From: Granulosicoccus sp.
Lineage (GTDB): Bacteria; Pseudomonadota; Gammaproteobacteria; Granulosicoccales; Granulosicoccaceae
Length of the DNA: 64,000 nucleotides
Assembly (NCBI GenBank): GCA_045106855.1
Contig: JBGCFI010000026.1
Coordinates: 40,711-104,710 of the forward strand
Direction of reading: 5' to 3'
Shown here: positions 16,205-28,325 of the stretch, in pieces
Layout: every line of letters begins with the position of its first letter
How positions within the stretch are numbered: position 1 is the stretch's first letter
Notes under the pieces: model-generated
Databases searched by the model: none
The model's input: the letters and a program-made list of their open reading frames with translations, nothing else
Told to the model about the DNA's origin: nothing
Position numbers and translations under genes: made by a program

Positions 16205-18916
16205 ATGCGCGATAGCGAACATAGTACGGTCGAACGGCGTGCTGACCATGAGCTTCGCCAGGCCGTTCACAACATACAAAATCGTTTTCTCGAACGGGTT
16301 AGTGATCGAGTTGCCCGCGGGCTTTCACTGCGCGAGCTCAGTGAAGAGCTAATCGTAGAGGCTCTTCGGCTAACTGACGCCGTATACGGCTGTGTTCTCA
16401 GGCCCGTTAATCCACAAAAACTGACTCTCGATGCCGTTGTGTCTGTCAGCTCGGACGGTAAGTTGTCGCGTCAGCATGACAACTTGCTTGAGAGTCGACC
16501 CGATGAGGTCATCCGGGACGTTATCGAAGTATTGAAACCGACATTTTCAAACAGTTCTGATGACATTGAACTGAGTAACCTTCCCAGTGCTCACCCGCGC
16601 ATCCTTTCCTATGCAATCTGTCCGATTCATGAACACGGCTCTTTAAAAGCTCTGTTGTTGGTTGCCAACGTCAGACATCGATTTGATCTTGTACTTGTCA
16701 AACGACTGCAATCAATGCTTGATGCGTTCATCAGGGTGCACATCAATAGCATCATCAATCGTGGTATCAACAATATTATTGCCGGCGTAGGCGATACGAA
16801 CAGACAATTGCTGAGCTTACTTGAGGCTTCATTCAATGCGATTGTCAGCGTAGACGACAACCTCAATGTAACAGCATTTAACCCTGCCAGCGAACAACTG
16901 TTTCAAGTCGACACGCAAAGTGCTCTGGGATCATCTCTGGACTTGTTTCTGTCACACGATGCCATCGAATCAATTCAGAAGAAGGCTGCTGATTACAGTT
17001 ATTCACTGCGTGCTAACGATGAGAGACCCTACCGTCTAGAAAATTCAGAGGCTATAAAAGCGAGTTCACAACGAGTCCCTGTTGAACTTACTGTTTTTCA
17101 TTCACGGATTCGTGAACGTGTGTACACCACATTGGTACTCAATGATATCAGTGGGCGACTGCAATCAGACGCAGAGCTACAGAATGCCTTGGTACAATAT
17201 CGTACGCTGACAAAATTGGCACCAGTTGGCATCCTGAAACTCGATGATCAATGGCTCTGTGAATACGCCAATGACATGTGGTGTCGACTCAGTTCACTGA
17301 CTGTTGAAAGCAACGCCGGTAGTGGCTGGATAGAAGGCATCCATCGAGATGATCAGTCACTGGTATTGACGGACATGCAACGTTGCCAGGAGAAGGGGGA
17401 AACCTATCGGGATATTGTAAAACTCAACAGCACGGGTAACTCAACGATTTGGGCAAGCATCAATGCAACGGCATTGGTAAATAATCTCGGACAATTTACC
17501 GGTAGTCTTGTTGTGATCATGGATATCACAGAACAGTACGAAGCGGAACAACGCTTCAAACAGATTGCCCACCATGACGCACTAACCGGTTTGCCAAACC
17601 GAACCCGTTTTCTTGAGCATTTACATAACTCACTGGCGCAACGCAGTGTGCACGGTATCGTGTGTCTACTATTCATTGATCTTGACGGCTTTAAAGCCAT
17701 CAACGATACGCTGGGACATGACGCAGGCGATGCATTGCTGTTGCAGGTTGCGCAACGATTGCGGCACACCGTAAGCGATGAAGACACTGTTGCGCGTCTT
17801 GGTGGTGACGAATTTACAGTGACACTCAGACGATTGGTACAAACCAAGGATGCGAGCACTGTTGCCGATGCGATAGTTCATTCAATCAAGCAGCCATTTC
17901 TTCTGGAACAGGAAGAAGTCTACGTCTCTGCAAGTATTGGTATAGCCATGGCTACCGGTCTTAACTCCGATACAACCTCCGATGCCAATAGCCTGATTAA
18001 GCAAGCAGACATCGCATTGTATCGGGCCAAGCTGTCGGGTCGATCCAGGCATGTATTTTTCACTCCCGAACTGGATCAGGCTCAACGCGACAGATCCGTG
18101 TTGATCACTAGTTTGCGCCGCGCTGTCGACCGTCAGGATTTTGAGCTTTTCTATCAGCCGCAATTACTGATCAAGGAAAACAGAGTACTGGGGTTTGAGG
18201 CACTGTTGCGTTGGCCTCAGGAGACTGGTGAACACATAAGCCCGGGCGCATTCATTGATGTGCTGGAAGAGACCGGTCTTATAGGGGAACTGGGTGAATG
18301 GGCAATATCGCAAGCCTGCGGTCAACACAAGATATGGTTGAGACGGGGATTGATAAGCCCTGCCACCACGATGTCGGTTAACGTATCAGCGCGGCAGTTG
18401 AGCACACCCAATTTCGCCCAACGTATAACCTCCATACTACAAAGACATTCCATGCGACCGGACAGCCTGATACTTGAAATAACAGAGTCAGCTCTGGTGC
18501 AAACCATCGAGACCGATATCATCAACGAGATCAAGGCACTGGGTGTGCAAATCTCACTGGACGACTTTGGCACCGGGTATTCATCGCTCGCCTATCTTAG
18601 TCAGCTACCACTGGATCATCTCAAAATCGATCGCTCGTTCATCGCTGACATCGAGCGGTTCCCACATGCTGTCGCCGTTGTGAAAAGCATCATTGCTTTG
18701 GCTAACACATTGGGTATCCGTGTTATCGCAGAAGGCGTTGAAACACCTACTGTACTTCCAATGCTGGCCAATGAAGGTTGCGAGGGTTACCAGGGATTCT
18801 ATTTTTCCGAGCCACTACCTGCCAGAGCGATGGCAGCCAGATTAGAGAGCGCTGAGACAGTGACCTTGAGCCACTATGCCAACTTCATCGATCTGGGCGA
18901 GAGGCTTACGGTTTAA
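16205..18916 (+). CDS. Signalling protein with GAF-like N-terminus, PAS domains, GGDEF diguanylate cyclase and EAL phosphodiesterase domains
   Basis: 903 aa. HHDALTGLPNR, RLGGDEFTV (GGDEF intact), ELFYQPQ, EALLRW and DDFGTGYSSL (EAL signature intact). Confidence 0.92.
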   Translation: MRDSEHSTVERRADHELRQAVHNIQNRFLERVSDRVARGLSLRELSEELIVEALRLTDAVYGCVLRPVNPQKLTLDAVVSVSSDGKLSRQHDNLLESRPDEVIRDVIEVLKPTFSNSSDDIELSNLPSAHPRILSYAICPIHEHGSLKALLLVANVRHRFDLVLVKRLQSMLDAFIRVHINSIINRGINNIIAGVGDTNRQLLSLLEASFNAIVSVDDNLNVTAFNPASEQLFQVDTQSALGSSLDLFLSHDAIESIQKKAADYSYSLRANDERPYRLENSEAIKASSQRVPVELTVFHSRIRERVYTTLVLNDISGRLQSDAELQNALVQYRTLTKLAPVGILKLDDQWLCEYANDMWCRLSSLTVESNAGSGWIEGIHRDDQSLVLTDMQRCQEKGETYRDIVKLNSTGNSTIWASINATALVNNLGQFTGSLVVIMDITEQYEAEQRFKQIAHHDALTGLPNRTRFLEHLHNSLAQRSVHGIVCLLFIDLDGFKAINDTLGHDAGDALLLQVAQRLRHTVSDEDTVARLGGDEFTVTLRRLVQTKDASTVADAIVHSIKQPFLLEQEEVYVSASIGIAMATGLNSDTTSDANSLIKQADIALYRAKLSGRSRHVFFTPELDQAQRDRSVLITSLRRAVDRQDFELFYQPQLLIKENRVLGFEALLRWPQETGEHISPGAFIDVLEETGLIGELGEWAISQACGQHKIWLRRGLISPATTMSVNVSARQLSTPNFAQRITSILQRHSMRPDSLILEITESALVQTIETDIINEIKALGVQISLDDFGTGYSSLAYLSQLPLDHLKIDRSFIADIERFPHAVAVVKSIIALANTLGIRVIAEGVETPTVLPMLANEGCEGYQGFYFSEPLPARAMAARLESAETVTLSHYANFIDLGERLTV

Positions 18917-19324
18917 TCTACTGCGGTAGCGGCCAAGCCAACTCGTGTCGGCATCAATGTGATAAGCCATTAGCTCATCAAGACAGCCTTGCGGTATTTC
19001 AATGGATTTATGCGCCTGTGCCTGGTGTTTGTCATGCAGGTGAGGCCAACGGTATTCGCACCACGCGAAAACAGGCGCATCTTTGTAAAGCAGTTGATAC
19101 TCAACCGCAACAGCATCGGGCACTTGATTGACCACATTGAACAAACACCCGCTGGTACCAAATTTTACGATACGGGTGAACGCGCTGGGAGACTGCCAGT
19201 CCAGGCTTGGTTCATCGCCTGTCAATCGTCTTTCGTGATGCCGCACCAACTCACTAATCATTGAGCTTAACACGTCAAAACCAAGTACTGATGGTTGATT
19301 CTGCCGGTCGGTTGCACCTTGCAT
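18842..19324 (-). CDS. Hypothetical protein
   Basis: 160-aa ORF with no family recognised. It has a 75-nt convergent overlap with the 3' end of the GGDEF-EAL gene, so the true extent is uncertain. Confidence 0.35.
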   Translation of the reverse strand: MQGATDRQNQPSVLGFDVLSSMISELVRHHERRLTGDEPSLDWQSPSAFTRIVKFGTSGCLFNVVNQVPDAVAVEYQLLYKDAPVFAWCEYRWPHLHDKHQAQAHKSIEIPQGCLDELMAYHIDADTSWLGRYRSRLNRKPLAQIDEVGIVAQGHCLSAL

Positions 19325-19500
19325 AAGCTGGAATCTGTTCCGCGAACAAGCATGGAAGTCTGGTGAGCATCAACAAAGCTGCACCTGTCGAGTATGCAAT
19401 ACTACCCGAGCCGGTAGCTGTTGAGTACGCAATACACAGTCTTTAACAACTTGTGTATTCAACCCGATGGTTACACGCATTACAAGCTGTGTCGGGCACG

Positions 19501-20961
19501 CTATTTCAGCCCAAGCGTCGTCCACATGGCGTCAACCTTTGTTTTGATATCATCGCTCATTTCAATCGGCTCACCCCATTCCCTGTCGGTTTCTCCCGCC
19601 AACTTGTTAGTGGCATCCATCCCCATCTTGGAGCCCAGACCTGATACCGGAGAGGCAAAATCGAGATAGTCTATCGGGGTATTTTCTATCAGCGTGGTGT
19701 CACGCGCAGGATCCATTCGCGTCGTGATTGCCCAGATGACATCTTCCCAGGATCGGGCATTAACATCATCATCCACCACAATCACAAACTTGGTATACAT
19801 GAACTGGCGTAAAAAACTCCAGACACCCATCATCACGCGTTTAGCATGTCCAGGATATTGTTTTTTCATACTGACCACCGCCATTCGATAAGAACAACCT
19901 TCTGGTGGCAGAAAGAAGTCAACGATTTCAGGAAACTGTTTCTGCAGGATTGGCACAAATACCTCGTTAAGCGCCACGCCCAGAATCGCCGGCTCATCCG
20001 GTGGCCGACCTGTGTAGGTCGAATGGTAAATCGGATTGTTCCGATGGGTCACACGCTCTACGGTGAAAACCGGGAACTCATCCACCTCATTGTAATAACC
20101 GGTGTGGTCACCAAATGGACCTTCAGGAGCGGTTTCACCCGGGTAGAGAAAACCTTCGAGTACAAATTCTGCAGACGCCGGCACTTGTAAATCTGACAAT
20201 TGCGCCGTGGCCAATAAAGTGCGTTCACCGCGCAGCAAGCCTGCAAAGGCATGTTCTGACAAGGTGTCGGGGACGGGAGTCACAGCGCCCAGAATAGTTG
20301 CCGGATCTGCACCCAGTGCGACCGCCACCGGGAACGGCTCGCCTGGATGTGTTTGTTGCCATTCACGAAAATCCAGAGCACCGCCGCGGTGGCTCAGCCA
20401 GCGCATGATGGTTTTGTCCGGAGCTATAACCTGTTGCCGGTAGATCCCCATGTTCTGACGCTTCTTGTGAGGCCCCTTGGTAATGACCAGTCCCCAGGTT
20501 ATCAGCGGTCCGGCATCACCCGGCCAACAGGTCTGCACAGGCAGCCTGGCCAGATCCACGCTCGACCAGCTGTTTTCCTGACAAGCCGGGTTTCTCGTGG
20601 TCTTGGGTGCCATGTCCAGGACTTTTTTAAAGATCGGCAACGTATTCCAGGCATCTTTCAACCCCTTTGGAGGATCTGGCTCTTTAAGAAACGCCAGCAG
20701 TTTTCCTACCTCACGCAGTGACTCGACAGAATCCTCTCCCATACCAAACGCCACGCGCTCAGGCGTACCAAACAAGTTCCCCAGCAGTGGGTAATCTGAG
20801 CCGATCGGGTTTTCAAACAGCAAGGCTGGCCCTTTCGCCCGTAAGGTGCGATCACAAATTTCAGTAATTTCCAGATTCGGATCTACTGGTGTACTGATAC
20901 GGACAAGCTCTCCACGAGATTCCAGGCCCTCTATAAAATCGCGAAGATCGGTATATTTCAT
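19501..20961 (-). CDS. ubiD: 4-hydroxy-3-polyprenylbenzoate decarboxylase UbiD
   Basis: [52 protein letters not shown] closely parallels the N-terminus of E. coli UbiD. The ORF track start 20994 is a GTG 11 codons upstream and is possible but less likely. Confidence 0.93.
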   Translation of the reverse strand: MKYTDLRDFIEGLESRGELVRISTPVDPNLEITEICDRTLRAKGPALLFENPIGSDYPLLGNLFGTPERVAFGMGEDSVESLREVGKLLAFLKEPDPPKGLKDAWNTLPIFKKVLDMAPKTTRNPACQENSWSSVDLARLPVQTCWPGDAGPLITWGLVITKGPHKKRQNMGIYRQQVIAPDKTIMRWLSHRGGALDFREWQQTHPGEPFPVAVALGADPATILGAVTPVPDTLSEHAFAGLLRGERTLLATAQLSDLQVPASAEFVLEGFLYPGETAPEGPFGDHTGYYNEVDEFPVFTVERVTHRNNPIYHSTYTGRPPDEPAILGVALNEVFVPILQKQFPEIVDFFLPPEGCSYRMAVVSMKKQYPGHAKRVMMGVWSFLRQFMYTKFVIVVDDDVNARSWEDVIWAITTRMDPARDTTLIENTPIDYLDFASPVSGLGSKMGMDATNKLAGETDREWGEPIEMSDDIKTKVDAMWTTLGLK

Positions 20962-21051
20962 ATCGGTTGGTTGAATATTCGTGGATAGAGCCACTGTGAC
21001 AACGTGAGAACAGTTAGGCGACCAAGGTCTTTGAGGTTTTAACGACCCACG

Positions 21052-23082
21052 CTAAGCTGCCAGACCACTGTGTCTGAGAAGAGCATCTACCTCAGGCTCA
21101 CGGCCTCTGAAGGCTTTGAACGACTCCATCGCATCTCGCGATCCACCGACCTCCAGTACATTCTGCAAGAACGCCCTGCCCGTCTCTGGATTAAAGATAC
21201 CGTCTTCCTCAAACCTTGCAAAAGCATCAGCAGAAAGCACCTCTGCCCACTTGTAACTGAAATAACCAGCACTGTAACCACCAGCAAATATGTGTGAAAA
21301 GCCATGCTGGAAACGATTGAACGCCGGCACAGGTACCACGGCTACGCGCTCTCTCAAAGTATCGAGGGTCGCCTGTACATCCGCGGCCTTATCAGTACTT
21401 GAATCCAGATGAATTTGCATATCGAAAAGCGAAAATTCAAGCTGCCGCATCAGCTGCATCGCTGATTGAAAGTTTCGTGCACTGCGCATCTTGTCCAGCA
21501 GCGCATCAGGTAGTGGTTCTCCCGTCTGGTAGTGACCACTGATCATGTCGATTGACTCGCGTTGCCAGCACCAGTTTTCAAGAAACTGACTAGGCAGTTC
21601 CACGGCATCCCACTCCACGCCATTGATACCTGAAACACCGGATGCCTCAACCTGAGTCAGCATGTGATGCAGACCATGGCCAAATTCATGAAACAGGGTG
21701 GTAACTTCCATGTGCGTCAGCAGCGCCGGATCATCACCAACGGGCGGAGTCAGGTTGCATGTCAGGTAGGCAATCGGTCGCTGCACGGAGTCCCCTATCC
21801 GCTGCCGGGTTGCACAGACATCCATCCAGGCACCGCCGCGTTTGTTTTCCCTGGCGTAGTTATCCAGATAGAACTCTCCGCGCACGCGGCCTTCATTATC
21901 GCTGATGGCGTAAAGCTGAACATCGGGATGATAAACATCAACATCATCTACTTTTTCGATGTGAAGATTAAACAGTTTTCCAACCACGGCAAACATTCCC
22001 GGGATGGCTTTATTGGCCGGAAAATAAGGTTTAAGCTCCTCATCCGAAAGATCGTGCTGTTGCTTTTTCAACTTGTCACTGGCATACGCGACATCCCAGG
22101 CGTAAAGCGTATCCATGCCTAGAATGGATTTTGCAAAAGCTTCCAGTTCAGCAAACTCCTGTCTGGCCTGTGGCGCCGCACGTGTCGCAAGATCATTTAA
22201 AAAATCCATTACCTGTACCGGGCTGTCCACCATCTTGCACACGACAGATAGATCGGCATAAGTCGGATATCCAAGCAGGCTTGCTTTTTCTGCACGCAAA
22301 CTCAATATAGTGTCGATATGCGTTCCGTTATCGTATGTGTCCGCATGGGGGCCCTTATCTGATGCCCTTGTACAAAAGGCTGTGTACATCTCCTCTCGTA
22401 AAGTACGATCGTTGGCGAACTTCATCACTGCCATGTAGCTGGGAAATTCCAGGTTGACCAGATAGCCAGACAATTCTTTGGATTGCGCTCGTTGTCTGGC
22501 AGCTGCTACCGCTGAATCAGGTAGCCCATCAAGTGCTGATGCATCGGGTAGTAACTTGCTCCAGGCATTAGTGGCATCAAGAACATTATCTGAGAATTCG
22601 GTTGTTAGCCTGGACAGTTCCTGCTCTATTTCCGCAAATCTCTTTTTCTGATCAGCATCCAGTGATACTCCACCCAGTTTGAAGTCACGGATACTGTGTT
22701 CAATCTGTTGTTTACGCTCGGCACACATAGTGGCAAAAAAAGAACTGTTCCTAAGTGCCAGAGTTGCATTATAGAGCTTATCATTCTGACCCAGCTCGGT
22801 GTAATACGTGCTTAGCTTGGGCAGACAGGCTTTGTATACCTCACGCAGAGCATCGTTGTTCATCACTGCATTCAGGTGGCTTACAGGTGACCAGAACAGG
22901 CTCAGTGCATTATGTGCCTCCTCAAGAGGTTGAATAAGCGACTCCCAGGTCGGCTCCTTCACATCATTCAATTTGTCGATAACTGTTCGGCAATTGTTCA
23001 GGTGTTTATCCAGTTGCGCTTCAAGATCCTGTACTTGTATATCGGAGAAGGCTGGACGGTTGACCTGATTGGCTTCGCTCAT
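21052..23082 (-). CDS. prlC: Oligopeptidase A (M3 family zinc metallopeptidase)
   Basis: 676 aa. It has the HEFGHGLHH zinc motif and M3 family length and layout. Confidence 0.92.
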   Translation of the reverse strand: MSEANQVNRPAFSDIQVQDLEAQLDKHLNNCRTVIDKLNDVKEPTWESLIQPLEEAHNALSLFWSPVSHLNAVMNNDALREVYKACLPKLSTYYTELGQNDKLYNATLALRNSSFFATMCAERKQQIEHSIRDFKLGGVSLDADQKKRFAEIEQELSRLTTEFSDNVLDATNAWSKLLPDASALDGLPDSAVAAARQRAQSKELSGYLVNLEFPSYMAVMKFANDRTLREEMYTAFCTRASDKGPHADTYDNGTHIDTILSLRAEKASLLGYPTYADLSVVCKMVDSPVQVMDFLNDLATRAAPQARQEFAELEAFAKSILGMDTLYAWDVAYASDKLKKQQHDLSDEELKPYFPANKAIPGMFAVVGKLFNLHIEKVDDVDVYHPDVQLYAISDNEGRVRGEFYLDNYARENKRGGAWMDVCATRQRIGDSVQRPIAYLTCNLTPPVGDDPALLTHMEVTTLFHEFGHGLHHMLTQVEASGVSGINGVEWDAVELPSQFLENWCWQRESIDMISGHYQTGEPLPDALLDKMRSARNFQSAMQLMRQLEFSLFDMQIHLDSSTDKAADVQATLDTLRERVAVVPVPAFNRFQHGFSHIFAGGYSAGYFSYKWAEVLSADAFARFEEDGIFNPETGRAFLQNVLEVGGSRDAMESFKAFRGREPEVDALLRHSGLAA

Positions 23083-23279
23083 GGATCGTGGTACCTGATA
23101 CTGTGTTGATTAGCTTTTACGGGGATCGCGCTTTACTTGATCTGTATCGGCAACTGTCATTCAATCGCAGAAAAGCACACTGGAAGGTATCGCCTTACAT
23201 GAACAACCCTGCCACGTGATATACCGTTGACGCCTTCGACAATGGATGGCCTTAAGAAAGCCATCTCACCAAGACTGGC

Positions 23280-25709
<2,430 letters not shown>

Positions 25710-25721
25710 CTAACCTCCTAA

Positions 25722-26798
25722 TTATAGTCCTTTTTTTACCCTTCCGTGTTCCATGTGAAACCTCTCATGAGATTGTTCTGCAAGGATATCCAGATTGACA
25801 CCAGTTACAAATATCTGGCCGTTTAGCTGAGTCAATTGAGAGATCAAAGAACGCGCATGAATATCATCGAGTTCGGACGTTAGATCATCACAGAGAATAA
25901 TCGCATTTCGCGAGCGCAGGTTTTTCAGGACATCCAATTGTGCAAGATGCAGCAAGTAAACCAGGACTTTCTGTTGTCCGCGCGATAGCACCTGTTTAGC
26001 GAGGTATTGGCCTGAGTAGATAGCTATATCCGCACGATGTGGCCCATCTGTGGATGTCTTCATTTTCCGGTGCGTGGGCAAATTGTCGATAAGAAGATCG
26101 GACAAAACCTTATCCTGATCCCATCCCGCTCTGTATCGAAGTTCCACGTGGAACGTACTGTCGAGTTGATCTACTCGTTGTTGAAGTGCCACTGACAATG
26201 ATTTCACGTACGATTCCCTGGAGTCATGAAGCGCCATCGCAGCGGTAACAAATGGTGTATTCCAGGTTTCGATAGCTGATTGGGACGCCATCTCCCGTAG
26301 AAGTTGATTACGTTGGGACAACGCTCGTCTGAAGTCGCGCCAGAAATCCAGAAATCGAGGTTCCACGTGGAACAGTCCCCAGTCCAGAAACTGTCGACGT
26401 TCGTCGGGACCTTCCTGAACCAGCCTGTGACTGTCAGGTGTAAGCGATTTTATTGGCAATAATCGCGTTATCTCCGACTGACTTTTAATTTCTTCAAAAT
26501 CTAGCCTGAGATCGACATTCCCGTCTGTTCGGCGTTCTAATCCAGCACGATGCTCGCGTTCTGTTTGCGGATCGTTAAATGAGGAAGTAATTCTATACAA
26601 CTCATTCTGATGGGATATGAGTTCCTTTGGCTTTCTCGTCCTGAAGGAATGGCCTGTCGATAAGCAATGAATAGCTTCCAGAATACTGCTTTTACCGGAT
26701 CCGTTATTACCGGTAATTAAATTCAGAGTAGGATGGGGTTGCAGTTCGGCTTGTTCAATGATTCGAAAGCTGGCGATATCCAGCAGCGAAAGAATCAC
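25722..26798 (-). CDS. recF: DNA replication and repair protein RecF
   Basis: 358 aa. It has the Walker A motif GNNGSGKSSILEAI and sits in the dnaA-dnaN-recF-gyrB context, with a 4-nt overlap with dnaN. Confidence 0.96.
   Translation of the reverse strand: MILSLLDIASFRIIEQAELQPHPTLNLITGNNGSGKSSILEAIHCLSTGHSFRTRKPKELISHQNELYRITSSFNDPQTEREHRAGLERRTDGNVDLRLDFEEIKSQSEITRLLPIKSLTPDSHRLVQEGPDERRQFLDWGLFHVEPRFLDFWRDFRRALSQRNQLLREMASQSAIETWNTPFVTAAMALHDSRESYVKSLSVALQQRVDQLDSTFHVELRYRAGWDQDKVLSDLLIDNLPTHRKMKTSTDGPHRADIAIYSGQYLAKQVLSRGQQKVLVYLLHLAQLDVLKNLRSRNAIILCDDLTSELDDIHARSLISQLTQLNGQIFVTGVNLDILAEQSHERFHMEHGRVKKGL
26140..26155. promoter_or_regulatory. parS: parS centromere-like site (aGTTCCACGTGGAACg)
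   Basis: Perfect 14-bp palindrome GTTCCACGTGGAAC at 26141-26154, matching the Pseudomonas-type parS TGTTCCACGTGGAACA. It lies inside recF, where it encodes FHVE. Confidence 0.75.
26359..26374. promoter_or_regulatory. parS: parS centromere-like site (gGTTCCACGTGGAACa)
   Basis: Second perfect 14-bp palindrome at 26360-26373, 219 bp from the first. It is also inside recF and encodes FHVE. Confidence 0.75.
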
Positions 26799-27907
26799 AA
26801 ACGCATAGGCATGACAACGTATTTGCTGTCATTGGCATTTGATGATTCGGGGGTTATCAAGGCACTACTGTTGCCGTCCTTGACCATTATCCGTGCGTTT
26901 TCACATTCCAGTGAGCTTAAAACATCCAAGAGATAGGTCACATTGAATCCGATTTCGGTTGAATCGCCTTCGTACTCGACTTCTAGTTCATCAACAGCTT
27001 CTTCCTGATCAGGGTTATTGCTTGAAATAGTCAATAGGCCGTTTTCAAGGGCTATACGCACTCCCCGGTATTTTTCATTGGACAAGACAGAGGCGCGCGT
27101 AAGTGATTGTTTCAGGGTTTGACAATCAATAACGATTTCCTTATTCCCATCGATGGGAATAACACGGTTGTAGTCAGGAAATCGTCCATCTATTAGCTTC
27201 GTACTTATCCGGACACCGCCTACTTGTATTTGTAAATGTTGTGGCGTGACCATCAGAATGACTTTGTCTTCTGGATCAACTCCACTCAAAAGACGTTGCA
27301 GCTCGCTGACGCTTTTGCGAGGAATTATGGCTCTGACGGGGGTATCTGGATCTGCCTCAGTGTCGCACTGGGAATAGGCAAGTCTGTGTCCATCTGTTGC
27401 AACGCACGATAAACGATCAGCGCCTATTTCCAGGAGCATCCCGTTAAGATAAAACCTGACATCCTGCTGAGCCATTGAAAATGATGTGTTCTTTACACAA
27501 CGATGCAAGTCAACGGCTGTAATGTGAACTTCCTGAGGAGATTCCAGAGCGCCTACTTTGGGAAATTCATCTGCTGGAAGCGTCGCCAACGTAAAGCGGC
27601 TGCGACTCGATTTTAACAACACCTTATCACCTGAATAAAACAGATCGATTCGGGCAGATTCAGGAAGATGTTTGCAAATATCCAGAAGTTTCCTTGCAGG
27701 CACGGTTGTTGCCCCTGTTTGATCTATCTGCATCTCCACACGAGCCTGCATTTCTATTTCTGAATCACTAGCGGTGATTGTCAGATACCCATCATCTGCC
27801 TCTATCAGCACATTCCCCAAGATTGCAGATGTCTGTTTGCGTTCAACAGCACCGACAACATGCTGTAGTGGAAGCAATAAAGACTCACGTTGTGCACTGA
27901 ATTTCAT
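26795..27907 (-). CDS. dnaN: DNA polymerase III beta sliding clamp
   Basis: 370 aa. MKFSAQRESLLLPLQHVVGAVERKQTSAILGNVLIEA is typical of DnaN. Confidence 0.97.
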   Translation of the reverse strand: MKFSAQRESLLLPLQHVVGAVERKQTSAILGNVLIEADDGYLTITASDSEIEMQARVEMQIDQTGATTVPARKLLDICKHLPESARIDLFYSGDKVLLKSSRSRFTLATLPADEFPKVGALESPQEVHITAVDLHRCVKNTSFSMAQQDVRFYLNGMLLEIGADRLSCVATDGHRLAYSQCDTEADPDTPVRAIIPRKSVSELQRLLSGVDPEDKVILMVTPQHLQIQVGGVRISTKLIDGRFPDYNRVIPIDGNKEIVIDCQTLKQSLTRASVLSNEKYRGVRIALENGLLTISSNNPDQEEAVDELEVEYEGDSTEIGFNVTYLLDVLSSLECENARIMVKDGNSSALITPESSNANDSKYVVMPMRL

Positions 27908-28325
27908 GGCTTATATAAAAGGATAGATTTTTTATAGAGTTATTTTTGTTACTACTACTCAAGAATAACCTGGTGGATAAGTTAAATATTCTCTTTAAAA
28001 TCAAAGAGATATTCTATTTTAACATCGTGTATAACGCTATCTGGCATGGTCTTACAAGTTGTGGGTAATTTGGGGATAACATTAACTCTGTATTACATAC
28101 TATGTTTATACGTGAGTTATCCACAGGAAGGAAGGTCCGGTTGAAAACGCGATAATCACGTGTTCGTTGATCTGTAAAAAATGTGCTCTTTCGTCTGTAA
28201 TAAGTCTACAGACTTGTTGATCCTATTGAATTAAAGCGGTTAGCTCAATGATTCAGAATAATTTAATCGTCGCAGCGATTATCAATGACTTGTTTAACTG
28301 ATAGACAAAGGTCATCAGGGCGTCA
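27908..28325. other. oriC: Candidate chromosomal replication origin (oriC) in the dnaA-dnaN spacer
   Basis: 418-bp non-coding spacer that is visibly AT-rich. DnaA boxes: GGTGGATAA 27972-27980 (8/9), TGTGGGTAA 28060-28068 (8/9), TGGGGATAA 28071-28079 (8/9) and TTATCCACA 28117-28125 (9/9). The A/T-rich stretch 27911-27960 is a possible unwinding element. Gene strand polarity flips around this locus. Confidence 0.55.
28117..28125 (+). promoter_or_regulatory. Consensus DnaA box TTATCCACA
   Basis: Exact 9/9 match to the R-box consensus, read directly. Confidence 0.7.
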
